NCBI GenBank assembly: GCA_030390025.1
Contig: CM059441.1
Location: forward strand, 20,646,001 to 20,710,000
DNA from: Squalus acanthias
Taxonomy: Eukaryota
Reading direction: 5' to 3'
Length of the DNA stretch: 64,000 nt
The notes below the pieces were generated by a model that saw nothing but the letters and a program-made list of their open reading frames with translations, had not been told where the DNA came from and ran no database searches. Position numbers and translations under genes: made by a program. Below are positions 52,708 through 64,000 of this stretch, piece after piece; the first letter of the stretch is position 1; each line of letters opens with the position of its first letter.

Positions 52708-54384
52708 CTTGGGAACATTGTCCTCTGAGGGGCTGCTGTTTAAGGACCAAAAAGGCCCTAAAACCTGAAAAAAAAACACCAACTTTTTACAAACTCACTC
52801 CAACTCCCTGCAGTAATCAAGCACCCAGCAGCACCTGCTCACTCCTAGCCCCTCCCATCTAGAGAGTGCTAACACTGAGCCACGGCTGACACTGTAGTAC
52901 TAAATGGGGTATGAAATCAGCAAACACTCTTTGTAGCAATATTTAAGGAAACACGATGGCCTTGGAATTACACTGCGCAAAGATTAGTGTGTGAACATTT
53001 AATGTGTCCCTACTAAATTCCTTTTTCTGCTATATTAACGGAGGCTTATTAAAAGCAAATGAACGCTTCTGTTAAAATAGGAATTTAATATAAATGGGTT
53101 AAATGTTTGTTAATCTGCTGACATCCTGGATCCAAGTAATTAGACCTTGTGATGGTCACAGTCGAAGTATGCAGCTTGGCTCAGTTGTTAGCACCTTTGC
53201 CTCTGAGTTAGAAGATTGTGAATTCAAGCCTCTCTGCAGTGCTCAGAGGTGCTTCCTTTTGGAGAAAAGGCCCTGTCTGCCTACTTATGTGGATGTCAAA
53301 GATCTCATAGCAGAACAGGGAGCAGGCAGTTCTTCTCATGTGCTGATCGACATTCATCCCTTCAGAGGATGGGAATTAATATGGATTCAGAAGGAGCAGA
53401 TCTCGCATGGCCAACCTCCTTGATGTCTTTGAGGAAACAACATCCCAGATGGACTGCGGTAAGCCCCTGAGCTGATGTTTAGACGTTTTCTGTCTTGAGG
53501 GATATGCTGGCATTGTCAAACTAGGTTTTTATTTTAGACTTTTTGAATAAAAGAGGGTTTTGCTACCTCAGGACATGTTGCAGAATGCTGTTAGTCTTGG
53601 CAGCATAGGGTGACACCTCTATTCCTGTCCAGAATGGAGATGATTGGGTAATTCTCCCATCAATGATGCTTGGAGCCCACGCTGCTGTAAGTGACTGGGA
53701 TTGATTTTACGCACATGAGTTCCGCTTGTTGTAGTTGGTAGAGACTCTTTTTTAAATAGACTGGGTAAATAGCCTCTGTTTGCTTTGCTGTGTGCTTTGT
53801 TTGCTGTAAGTCAGTGGTATTAAAGGGACAGAGGTAACTTGCGTATGAAATTGGCTAAGGGATAGGAGGCAGAGAGTAGTGGGGAGTCGGGGTAAATTGG
53901 ACAGCTCTTTCAAAGAGCCGGCACAGACACGATGGGCCGAATGGCCTCCTCCTGCCAGAATGGAGATGATATGGTGGTGTTCTCCCATCGATCACGCCCG
54001 GAGACGGCACTGCTGTAAGTGACTGGGATTGATGTTACGCCTACCAACACTTGTTTTCCCATTTCCTGAACTATTCCACACCTACTGCCAAGGCCCCAGA
54101 GGAAGATTGAATGCTGAAGATGTCAGTGTAGCAAAGCCCCACTTCTGGTGTGCTCTGCAATAATTGCTCGCGGACTGCACCAGGAGAGGAAGATCAGCCC
54201 CTGGAGATCCTACAGAAATTAGGTGTGAGACATCTCAACATGGTACCGTGCAAAAGAACGGAGAAAAATGTAATGCTACACGTCTTACTTAGTCAGTCTC
54301 CTTAAAAAGAAAAGGTGCAGGTTCTCAGTAATCCTTGAAATCTGCTCTATCCAATGCAAAGTACCAAAGCCAAAAGGATTTTTT

Positions 54385-55203
54385 TTTAATATTCGTTCAT
54401 GGGATGTGGGCGTCGTTGGCAAGGCCAGCATTTATTGCCCATACCTAATTGCCCATGAGAAGGTGGTGGTGAGCCGCCTTCTTGAACTGCTGCTGTCCGT
54501 GTGGTGAGGGTACTCCCACAGTGCTGTTAGGGAGGGAGTTCCAGGATTTTGACCCAGCGACGATGAAGGAACGGTGATATATTTCCAAGTCAGGATGGTG
54601 TGTGACTTGGAGGGGAACTTGGAGGTGATGGTGTTCCCATGCACCTGCTGCCCTTGTCCATCTATGGTGGTAGAGGTCACGGGTTTGGGAGGCGCTGTCG
54701 AAGAAGCCTTGGCGAGTTGCTGCAGTGCATCTTGTAGATGGTACACACTGCAGCCACGGTGCGCTGGTGGTGGAGGGAGTGAATGTTTAAGGTGGTGGAT
54801 GGGATGCCAATCAAGCGGGCTGCTTTGTCTTGGATGGTGTCGAGCTTCTTGAGTGTTGTTGGAGCTGCACTCATCCAGGCAAGTGGAGAGTATTCCATCA
54901 CACTCCTGACTTGTGCCTTGTAGATGGTGGAAAAGCTTTGGGGAGTCAGGAGGTGAGACACTCGCCGCAGAATACCTAGCCTCTGACATGCTCTTGTTGC
55001 CACAGTATTTATGTGGCTGGTCCAGTTAAGTTTCTGGTCAAAGGTGACCCCCAGGATGTTGATGGTGGGGGATTTGGCGATGGTAATGCCGCTGAATGTC
55101 AAAGGGAGATGGTTAGACGCTCGCTTTTTGGAGATAATCATTGTCTGGCACTTGTGTGGCGCGAATGTTACCTGCCACTTATCAGCCCAAGCCTGAATGT
55201 CGT
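54385..55203 (-). mobile_element. CR1-group LINE RT C-terminal fragment (second family)
   Basis: ORF 54677..55303 WADKWQVTFAPHKCQ...LGVTFDQKLNW...YKAQVRSVMEY. Confidence 0.88.
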
Positions 55204-55393
55204 CTATTGAATAGAATCTATGAATAGGATCTATTATAAGTTTCACCAAAGATTGCCAAGGATAGTAAAGCTCCATATTGTATTTGTCCCTCCGGTTCAG
55301 CATTTTAAAAAAGCATCTGTGAGCTATTCACAGAACACGTTCATACTTATGGTAAAGATGCACAATATTGATTTCGACCTATGAGAGACTAAC

Positions 55394-55520
55394 CTGGCTG
55401 TTCCAGTGCTGTGAAAGGAAGTGGTGAGAGCTGTCGTAACAGAAGCCTCAGTAGTTCCTGTTGTCCTGGTGGTTGGCCCCATTGTTGTCCTCGGTGCTGG
55501 AGATAAAATAGAGGAACTTG
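55394..55520 (-). CDS. Gene B exon 3, Ser/Thr-rich mucin-like stalk ASSSILSPAPRTTMGPTTRTTGTTEASVTTALTTSFHSTGTA(S)
   Basis: ORF 55324..55554; ttcag/gttag; phase 1-2. Confidence 0.85.
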
Positions 55521-56181
55521 CTGAACACTTCATCACTGAAAGCAGTTGTTGCATACAGTTTACGCCTCTTAATTGAGGTACTTAAATAATCTGATCAATC
55601 AATATTTTTAGCACTAAATTCCCACTTTGTATTGTTTGTGTTGCTTAATTCAATTGATTAGATCATTCCATTATTTTTTAAGGGCAAAAATTGACTGAAT
55701 TAGCAGGGCTAGACTGTGGCACAAAAAGATGAAATCAGAGGCAACTATAACAAAATACATGACGAGTGAATTTGACCTTTTGGTGGCTACTGGGTGCATA
55801 AAAGGTGCTGATTTTCCTCCTCTTGTGTGAGTTGGCGGAGGTTCTGATCTCAGAGCGATCGATGGAAGTTGGGGAAGTGACACACCAACAGCAGAACAGC
55901 TGGCAGCTAAAAACTTTCAGGAGGGACATTTTTTACAAGTCCGTTTCCCTCACCCACCTCCCTCTCCCTTCCTGATGGAGTGGCAAGATATTGCTCTGGA
56001 AATCCAGTGTCCCCATGGGCTGGGCACCCCAGTAAATGGGTGCTCACCCCTTTTATGCAAATGAACCTGCCCCCGGGACTTGGCACAGAGTCACTGTCAG
56101 AGCAGACGGGTGGGAATTTCTGGGCTCAAATGCTTAAATTTGGCCAGAATGAACTAAATAGAAATACAATTGTGTTCTTAC

Positions 56182-56505
56182 CTTCAGAAACTTCCAATTT
56201 GATTAAAAACTTTTCATTTTGTTGAAATAGTGACCGTTTTATCACACACCAGTACCATCCTTCATCATGTTTCATTAGGGGATCCACGGTGACTGAAAAT
56301 ATCCCTTGTGTTTTTTTATCAGTCAGTGACACTCTGACTTGTTCTGGTTGATCAGTAGAAACCACAACAGAACAGAAATGGTAAGTAAAACCTTTACACC
56401 ACTGTTTAACATTGTCCTTGTAACGCAGATTATACCGACAGTCCACAGTGACCGATCCTCCCAATTCTGCGTAAACCTTCGCGGGTCCAGATAATTGACA
56501 CGAAC
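56182..56505 (-). CDS. Gene B exon 2, IgV domain (GGSVTVDCRY...KQWCKGFTYHFC...DEGWYWC)
   Basis: ORF 56126..56515; classic CD300/pIgR motifs; ccaacag/gtaag; 324 nt. Confidence 0.93.
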
Positions 56506-56929
56506 CTGTTGGCATATTAATGATGAAAGGTTATTGATTATTGTATCAGAATCAACATAAACAGCACTTAACCAAATAAACACTGTTTGCAATTATAGAT
56601 TAAATTCCATTTTTAATATCGCATTCCTTGTGCTGATTCTCATATCACCAACATTGTTACTCAAATTACTGCATACACGCAGTTTTTGGGCCTGATTTTC
56701 CCAATATATGATTTCCTGTTGTGAGCAGGTTGCGAGGCCAGATTCCCTGCTGGTTGTGCATTCTGAGAAAATTATCCCTGTCATCATTGTAGATCGATAT
56801 TCTTTATTTACACTGATCATCGCTATTAAGTGAAACTAAAAAGCTTGCTAAAAAACCTAATTCTTTCATTCTTTCTAACAGGTTCTCTCAGTTGGCCCAT
56901 TTCTAAACCCAGTTATTTTATTTAACTTT

Positions 56930-58540
56930 CTACAGGAACAGAGAAACATTAGGAACAGGTGTAGGCCATTTACCCGCCTTAGCTCCATATCCCTCGATAC
57001 CCTTACTTAACAAAAATCTATCGATCTCGGTCTTGAAAGCTCCAATTGTACCAGCAACCACAGCCTTTTGGGGGAGAGTGTTAAAAATTTCTATTGTCTG
57101 TTGTGTGAAAAAGTGCCTCCTTATTTTGCTCCTGATAGGCCTAGCTTTAATTTTAAGATTCTGTCCCCTTGTTCTTGATTCCTCCACCAGAGGAGATAGT
57201 TTCTTCGTATCTACCCTATCAAATCCTTTTAACATTTTAAACACCTCGATCAGATAAGAACATAAGAACATAAGAAATAGGAGCAGGAGTAGGCCAATCA
57301 GCCCCTCGAGCCTGCTCCGCCATTCAATAAGATCATGGCTGATCTGATCCTAACCGCCAATCTACTATCTATCACAGAACCATCTCCTGCATCTAACAGA
57401 ATTGCACACACGAAATAGGAGCAGAATCAGGCTACACAGTCCCTGGGCCCGCTCCACTACCCACAGGGCCATGACCGATCCGAACCTAGACTCATGTCCA
57501 AATTCCTGCCCGCTCCCCGTAACCCTTAATGCCCTTTACTTCTAGGAAACCTATCAATCTCCAACGCTCTAGGGAATACAAGCCAAGTTTACGCAACCTG
57601 TCCTTGTAATTTAACCCTCTGGTATTGTAAGATAGAACGTACCTGTAGGATTTAGTAAACATTATTAAGATTTTAAACCATTATAAAATATCTATAATGT
57701 ATGACAATGTGTGTTAAAAACCTGAAGCCTGTATAAAATGGCAAACGGCTGAGAAGCATAGCATGATGGTAAGTAATGCCAACTTGATGTAATTCTGTAG
57801 AATGGTCTGTTAAGTAAACAAGGAGTTAGTGGGGAACAAGAAATTCAGCAACATTGCAAAAGAAGATAGGGGGATGGAGACAGTCACCACTCCCTGTCTT
57901 CTCAAAAATGCAGAATCGGCTAAACAATGAGCTGATTAAAAAGCAAAAAGACATCTGTGAGAATTTAGTGTGAAGGTTGTTCTCAGATAAGGATAGCTTG
58001 CTTACTAACTGCCACGTAGGCAAAAGGGAGAAAAAGGGGTATAAAAATACAGATATTGAACTCTGAAAGCAGCGCGACACCAGAGGACGAGAAGCTTCAG
58101 TCAACAGAACACAGCAAGTGTTAAAGAGACCGCGCCACAGTCACCCGGAAGGAACGCCGGGGTTTCGAGGAACAGACTGCGACTATCATCTTGTTAAGTA
58201 TTACTTCTTTGTACTGGATGTAAGATACTTGATAAACCTGTTTTACTTATACACAATATACCTGTACCCGGAGTGGTTTGTTATGGTCATGGACAAATTA
58301 ATCTAAAGAGCATTTGACAAGATAACAGTATCATTCTGGTGAATCTACGCTGCAACCCCTCCAACGCTAATATATCCTTCCTGAGGTGCGGGGCCCTAAA
58401 CTGAATGTGGTCTGACCAAAGCTCTGTAATACTGAAGTATAACTTCTTCCCCTTTGTAATACCCTTGAGATAAAGACCAACATTCAATTAGCCTTTTTGA
58501 TTGCTTTTTGTACCTGTCTTCTGGCTTTTAATGATCTGCT
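56930..58540 (-). mobile_element. Stacked CR1 3' fragments interrupted by a solo LTR
   Basis: ORFs 56930..57271 and 58287..58487 carry CR1 peptides. Confidence 0.8.
57626..58327 (+). mobile_element. Solo LTR (702 bp; ERV or Gypsy type)
   Basis: TGTAA...TAACA ends; GTAT TSD at 57622-57625 and 58328-58331; TATAAAA at 58040-58046; host CR1 continuous across it. Confidence 0.8.
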
Positions 58541-58700
58541 TGGAACTATAGGCAATATTTTGGCATCTTGTCGTTGGTAACAATATGCAGTTCGTGTGCA
58601 TATCGCAAATCGCTGACCTCAAGTAATCTTGCGAAGTTGCTTATTCAAATATTGCTCATGCATTGCCTGCATGCATTGGGCACTAATCAGGGGACATAAT

Positions 58701-59533
58701 GGGGGAAAGATTGGCTATCGCCCATTTTGGGACGCTAATATCGGCCGGGCGCAAAGTTTAGCGCCCGCGCTAATTATCGTCTCTGACTGCAATATTCACC
58801 TCTATCACCCCTGGAGGTGATTTGAGCACTAAATCAGGTGCTCCACACCTCTCTTAAGGCGCTAACGTTGAGGAGCGAGGCGCTACCTCAGAACGCTACC
58901 GAAGCTCAGGTGATGTCAGTTACCATGGAAGCCAGACAGACTGGCGCCGTCCAGTTCTTAAAGGGGAGAGACCATCTTGCTGGCCAGCCACATCCTGCTC
59001 ATTGCAGCCTTGAATCTCGGCCTGGAGAGATCTCTAAAGCAATTGTGTTGGAAGCACTAATGGATCGGCCCAGGGAAAGAGCTCGGCACTTAGGAACCTC
59101 AAAAGTGGTGCTGAGGGTCAAAACTCCTTAGGACAGCGTTAAATCTCTCCAGACGTCTCTCTCCCTCTCAATCTGCGTGTACCAAAAATTTTGCCTACAA
59201 GAAACAGCAGGAAGTGCCCGCCTTTAAATAGCACTCCCCCAGCCCCTTCCTGATTTGAAAACATTCCCCTCTACCTGTCGTTCCTAGTGGCAGGCGCTAA
59301 GGCAGGGGGCACAACTCAATTTCCGGTCCGGGGCGCTACCGGGGCGTTGCACGCTCGACTGACAGCATGATCTGCGGGCGCAGGAGATCGTGGCGGTAGT
59401 GTTTAGCGCCGCCGCAAAACGACTGGTCAATTTCGCGAGCGGCGCTAAAATCGCCACGCTAAGTTCCTAGCGCCCCATTAGCGCCCCCCGGAGGCGCTAA
59501 CGGGGAGGCGCTAACCAACCGAATTTTTCCCCC
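58701..59533. mobile_element. Harbinger-like non-autonomous element
   Basis: GGGGGAAAGATT...AATTTTTCCCCC; AAT TSD; internal MDRPRERARH resembles the start of a Harbinger Myb-like ORF. Confidence 0.75.
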
Positions 59534-60717
59534 AATGTCTGTCTGGGCAAAATATCCGACACAGCAGCAGGTTTAAAGGGACGCTGTACCAATATTTAAT
59601 TTACCCAATAACTGAGCTGCCAATCTACCCAACCCCTTCTCCGAGGACTTCACAGGAACCAGAAAGCAGGCAGAGCCAGGCTGCGAATGCCCACCTTACA
59701 GGCACACCTGAGGTAGACACGACAGGAAAATTGGTTCTCTTTTGGTGCAGGATGGCATTGAGAAATAAACGCAGTGCGAGCTCAGGAAGATTAAGGTACT
59801 TCCTTTGTGGTACTGTTGGTATGTCAACACACAAGGAGCGTTGCAAGATATCATGGATGATTAAGTTAAGGACGTGATCTGTATACATTGGTGTCGCCAC
59901 AGAGCATTCGGGAAATCTTCATAGAGGGTTTGTAAGGCTAGTCATGAAATACCACAGGAGGAGGATTATTACCTCTGAGCTGGTACTGAGAAATATGATC
60001 ATATAAATCCAAGTAAACTCACAAGTCACAATACAAGTGATTTAAAAACAATTCAATTATTTGAACTTCAGAGGCTGGGTAAAGCACAATGTGAAGAAAC
60101 ACATTCAATGTCTGTTCTGGTGCAATGTATTTTTTGGTAGCAGCCGATCTTTTAAAAGAGGTGAGATATTGATCATACTGCCTTAAATATAGTTGAACTG
60201 AAATAATGGATTGTGTTTTTTTTTTCAAAAGTACTTCTGTTTGACTGACTAATATTTCACACAGTTTGCATTTCAAGAGACAAATGTGTTCTAGGTTCAA
60301 CATTTTTCTATGCAGTCTGTGGAGGGAACTCCTGTGAGGCGCCTTGGGTCGATTTACTAAGTTAAAGGTGCTGTAAAGGGGCAATTTGTTGTTGTTGTAA
60401 ACCTAAAAGGACTGCAGTTAGTCTCTTGGCATTGATGAGGAGCTGGAGTTTCAGGTAGGACAGAGCTGCAACAGGGCAGAAAGAATCAGGTGCAGCGGGA
60501 AAGCACAGAGAGAAGCAAAGGCAGATTGAAGATGCTGGAGAAGCACATGGAGAAGCACAGGAATATCGCAACAACTTGCAAGACCGAGAGTGGTTTATCA
60601 TTAGCTCACCACAGCAAAACTGCTGGTTACTCGGTCAGTAGAAGTTTATGGCCTTCATCAGCTCTGATTACGAAAGTGCTTTTTAATAACACTGAATGAA
60701 GAAAAAAAAAGACTTAC

Positions 60718-60757
60718 TTGATACAGAAGTAAGAATCAAAAGAGCAATGAATTCCAT
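60718..60757 (-). CDS. CD300/pIgR-like gene B exon 1, signal peptide MEFIALLILTSVS
   Basis: aaaATGG context; same 40-nt length and phase as gene A exon 1; GTAAG donor. Confidence 0.85.
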
Positions 60758-61974
60758 TTTTCTGGACTCTTTCTGGTGGATGAATTCACCATGCACAGAC
60801 ATCGTATTGCAGCTGTGCTGTGCTTGAATCGGTTGGTTCCCTATATGGTATTTGTTCCTTATTCACATAGCAGTTGACTGGACCAGTTTCTCTCTTACAA
60901 TAAGGAAATATAAGAATAGGTCTGGGGCCAACAATAGGAGCTAAATCTGTGCTCCCCATCCAACTAAAGGACTGGGTTGTTATTCTCGGTGGTTTGGGCC
61001 ACTTACCCTCCATAACATTCAGAGATTTACATGGAAAATGCTGTCGTCTGTTTCATTTTCAGGCCTATTTATGGAAGACTATAATACACTGTATTCACCT
61101 ACAATACTGTTGCAAACTCTTCTCACACATTCGCAATTCTCCTGCATGCGATCTCACAAAGAAAAGAAAACATACTCTGCTGAATCAATCACCATGACAA
61201 CAGAAAAATGCCGACTGAGGACGTTTTTTTCCATCAGCAGGAAAATAACTATCCAATCAAAATTCACCCACAGTCATTCAGCCATTACTACCTTAACTCA
61301 CAGAATTAAATTACTTGTGATCTGTGAAGATGATTTTCCCCACTTTCTGACTGCAAGTGGGATTTGTGCCATTTTTTTCATCCGTGTAGGCCACAATTGA
61401 GCTAAATTGGAGAAGTTAATGGGTCCAAGGAACCTCCATGAGCATTGGCGCTCTTAAAGGCCCTCTGGCCGTCCTGTCCAACCTGAAACTCTAGTACATT
61501 TTTAGAATAGGCTTCTATGATTGATTTTTCTTGGCAATTTATGACTTTTTTTTCAAATTTCTTTGGAGAATTTAATTTTCCAAAAATATGTTTACATGGA
61601 ACCGAAGTACAGTGTCTTCTAATTGACAGGGATGCTGGTGACTGAAGCACTTAAAAGACTTTAGCAGAACTAACGAGGGAACATGAAAAAGGAGAACCTA
61701 CAATGGGAAACTTCGATGGGAGCGACATGGCATCTAAGTGAAAAGGCCCTGGTGGTTGGCATGCCAACTTACCGATGAGGGTTGGTTTTTGAAGCGCCCC
61801 AGCATATTAATGGTTAAAGTGGTACAGGGTGAAAGAAGGCACCAGGCACGAACTATCATGATGGCACCAACCGTATGCAGGACATAGCATGCAGCGGCCT
61901 GGCAGTGAATGTGAGAAATAGGCTCAGCAGCACGGGGCCGGTTGCTGTTCTATGCTGTTCTACTGGCCCCCCAT

Positions 61975-62125
61975 CATTTCCTTCCTCAACTCCTTTTGCT
62001 GCCACCTTCTGCCAGGCAGGCTGTCTTGCTGTCTCTGGGGGAAGGCGCCCTAGAGGTGGCAAACAGCAGCACCTCCATTTCGATAGCCATCGAACCAGGC
62101 TTCGAGTGCTGCGCTCTCCATCATT
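61975..62125 (-). pseudogene. Frameshifted remnant of a Harbinger Myb/SANT (trihelix) protein
   Basis: SAALEA...EVLLF / PPLGRLPPETARQPAWQKVAAK across frames. Confidence 0.45.
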
Positions 62126-63114
62126 TGACCACTGACTCCCGTTAATGCCTCCAAATTCATTCTGTCACCCACAAGGCGTTGCCCCAAGCAGCCTATGGAA
62201 TAGCTGAAATATGTACCTTTCAGATATTTCCAGCTTATTTTAAAAGGCTAACAGAATTTGTGTCCCCAATAGTGACCACTTACCTTTAAGTGCCAACTCC
62301 TTTAATTTTTGCAGAGCCCTTTAAGGATGTTGGTGAAGCTATTTCCCACCCTGTCCTTTAGGTGTACTGCCCTTGGCAGGCCCAGTATGGCCTGCGAGCT
62401 TGCTTAGCTTTCTAATTAGAACTAATCTTGGGAAACCTCACAGAAAATCTACACGGTAGTTGGAACAATGTCATGTCAGGTGTCAACAACATGTCTAAAA
62501 AAGCTTGAATGTTTATTTGATAATTTTGCATTTGCTGAATAACCGTTGTAATGAGGCTCCAGAATCTATTGTATTACACGCATTGCTTTGTTCCTGTGGC
62601 GTCGCTGGAGGGAAGTACATGAGGTGAGCAGCAGCGTAACAAGAGTAAAGACAGAGTGATAGACAAGTGTGAGGTCATTTTTATTTTCAGCGTCCTTTCA
62701 GAGGCTGATTTACTTGGATTGTAACATTCTAGGCAACGTCTAACTGAAAAACTGACTTCTTGCATCTCAGCTTCCTGTTTCAGGCCCAGGCCTTGTACTT
62801 CACAATCTCCTGACTGACTACCCATGTGTCTTTCGTTCTCCTTTTCTCTTTGTGTTCCCAGTAAGTGGGAGGGTTTTCTCTCTGACTTCGCCCCCATTTA
62901 ATGATTTGCCAGTCAATAAAACAGGCTACTGATCAATTCTCCTCTCTTGGAATATGGGTTTAAGGAAACCATTTCCTGCTCTTCTCAAATAAATAGTGGC
63001 CCTCCTCACTTAATGAGCCTGGAGGTAGTCAACTGACCCTCATTGTCTCAGTTTAAAGTCGACTATGAGTGACTACATCCCACAAACTGGCTTATCAAGC
63101 TTTAATACATATTT

Positions 63115-63637
63115 TCGATAGGAAGGATGTTCTTGCCATGGAGGGTGTGCAGCGAAGATTCACCAGACTGATACCTGGGATGGCAGGAATGATGTATGAG
63201 GAGAGGTTGGGTCGATTGGGCTTATACTCGCTGGAGTTTAGTAGAATGAGAGGAGATCTCATTGAAACTTATAAAATTCTAACAGGGCTAGACAGACTGG
63301 ATGCAGGAAGGATGTTCCCGATGGCGGGTGAGTCCAGAACAAGAGGTCACAGTCTAAAGATAAGGGGTAAGCCATTTAGGACAGAGATGAGGAGGAATTT
63401 CTTCACCCAGAGAGTGGTGAACCTGTGGAATTCTCTACCACAGAAGGCAGTTGAGGCCAAGTCAGTAAATATATTCAAGAAGGAGTTAGATATATTTCTT
63501 AAGGCTAAAGGTATCAAGGGATATGGGGAGAAAGAGGGACAGGGTACTGAGTTTGAATGATCAGCCATGATCTCATCGAATGGCGGAGCAGGCTCGAGGG
63601 GCCGAATGGCCTACTCCTGCTCCTATCTTCTATGTTT
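63115..63637 (+). mobile_element. Young CR1/HER1-type LINE 3' fragment (open frame)
   Basis: ORF 63069..63560 plus 3' tail. Confidence 0.92.
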
Positions 63638-64000
63638 CGATGCCTGGCCCATTAACAGATGAACCTTTTGTTTCAGTGGCTGAAACCTGTAGGTGTTTAA
63701 ACCTGTGCAAAATAATTTTGTTTTAAAACGCAATGCTCGAATATAATTCATCCCAAATCCGTTCCGCAAAGAAAAAAACCTGCTGGAGTGGGTAGGTATT
63801 GAGTCCAGTGATGCAGGCACTGAGGAAGCGGACTGCTCTGTCCTATCGGCATCGAGCTTCTTTATTGTTGTTGCGGCTGCATTCACCCAGGCAAGCTGTG
63901 AGTGTTCCATTACTTGAGCCTTGTAGATGGTGGGGGGATGTTGAAGGGTCAGGAAATGAACTACTTGTCACACATCCTTCAGCATCCGGTCTGCTTTTGT

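Larger units (their letters stand above)
50081..52861 (-). mobile_element. Tx1/L1-derived non-LTR retroelement, apparently ORF1-only
   Basis: 5' UTR, gag-like ORF1, decayed acidic/basic tail to ~50313, AATAAA (50097-50102 on -), short poly(A), ~15-bp TSD. Confidence 0.8.
49677..52892 (-). mobile_element. DeuSINE split in two (49677-50080 and 52862-52892) by a nested retroelement
   Basis: The SINE head gagagtgctacccactgagccacggctgaca is interrupted and resumes at 52862. Confidence 0.85.

Noticed and set aside
52003-52782. Host ZCCHC3 gene
   Set aside because: TSD, poly(A), insertion in a SINE and a decayed tail indicate a mobile element copy
63069-63560. 163-aa ORF as a gene
   Set aside because: C-terminus of a CR1 reverse transcriptase in a 5'-truncated copy

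Overview
Vertebrate genomic DNA, almost certainly from a cartilaginous fish (shark-type DeuSINEs, a V-SINE and CR1/HER1-type LINEs). 438-12002 (+) holds the last eight coding exons of AHCYL1 (IRBIT). On the - strand, facing it tail-to-tail, are two complete CD300/pIgR-like (CMRF35-like) inhibitory receptor genes, reconstructed exon by exon from GT-AG sites and phases. Gene A (38230->24384, 7 exons, 355 aa) has two IgV domains. Gene B (60757->45211, 6 exons, 275 aa) has one IgV domain and a Thr-rich stalk. Both end in an ITIM / YxN / ITIM tail. The rest is repeat-rich. The most unusual items are: (i) an apparently ORF1-only Tx1/L1-derived retroelement (50081-52861) inserted with a target-site duplication (TSD) into the A-box of a tRNA-derived SINE; (ii) several short Penelope-derived insertions with TSDs that carry minimal hammerhead-ribozyme motifs; (iii) inverted SINEs flanking a symmetric Ig exon; (iv) Harbinger-type MITEs and a solo LTR. 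Exon boundaries were read directly. Repeat boundaries are approximate, and family names come from recognition, not database searches.
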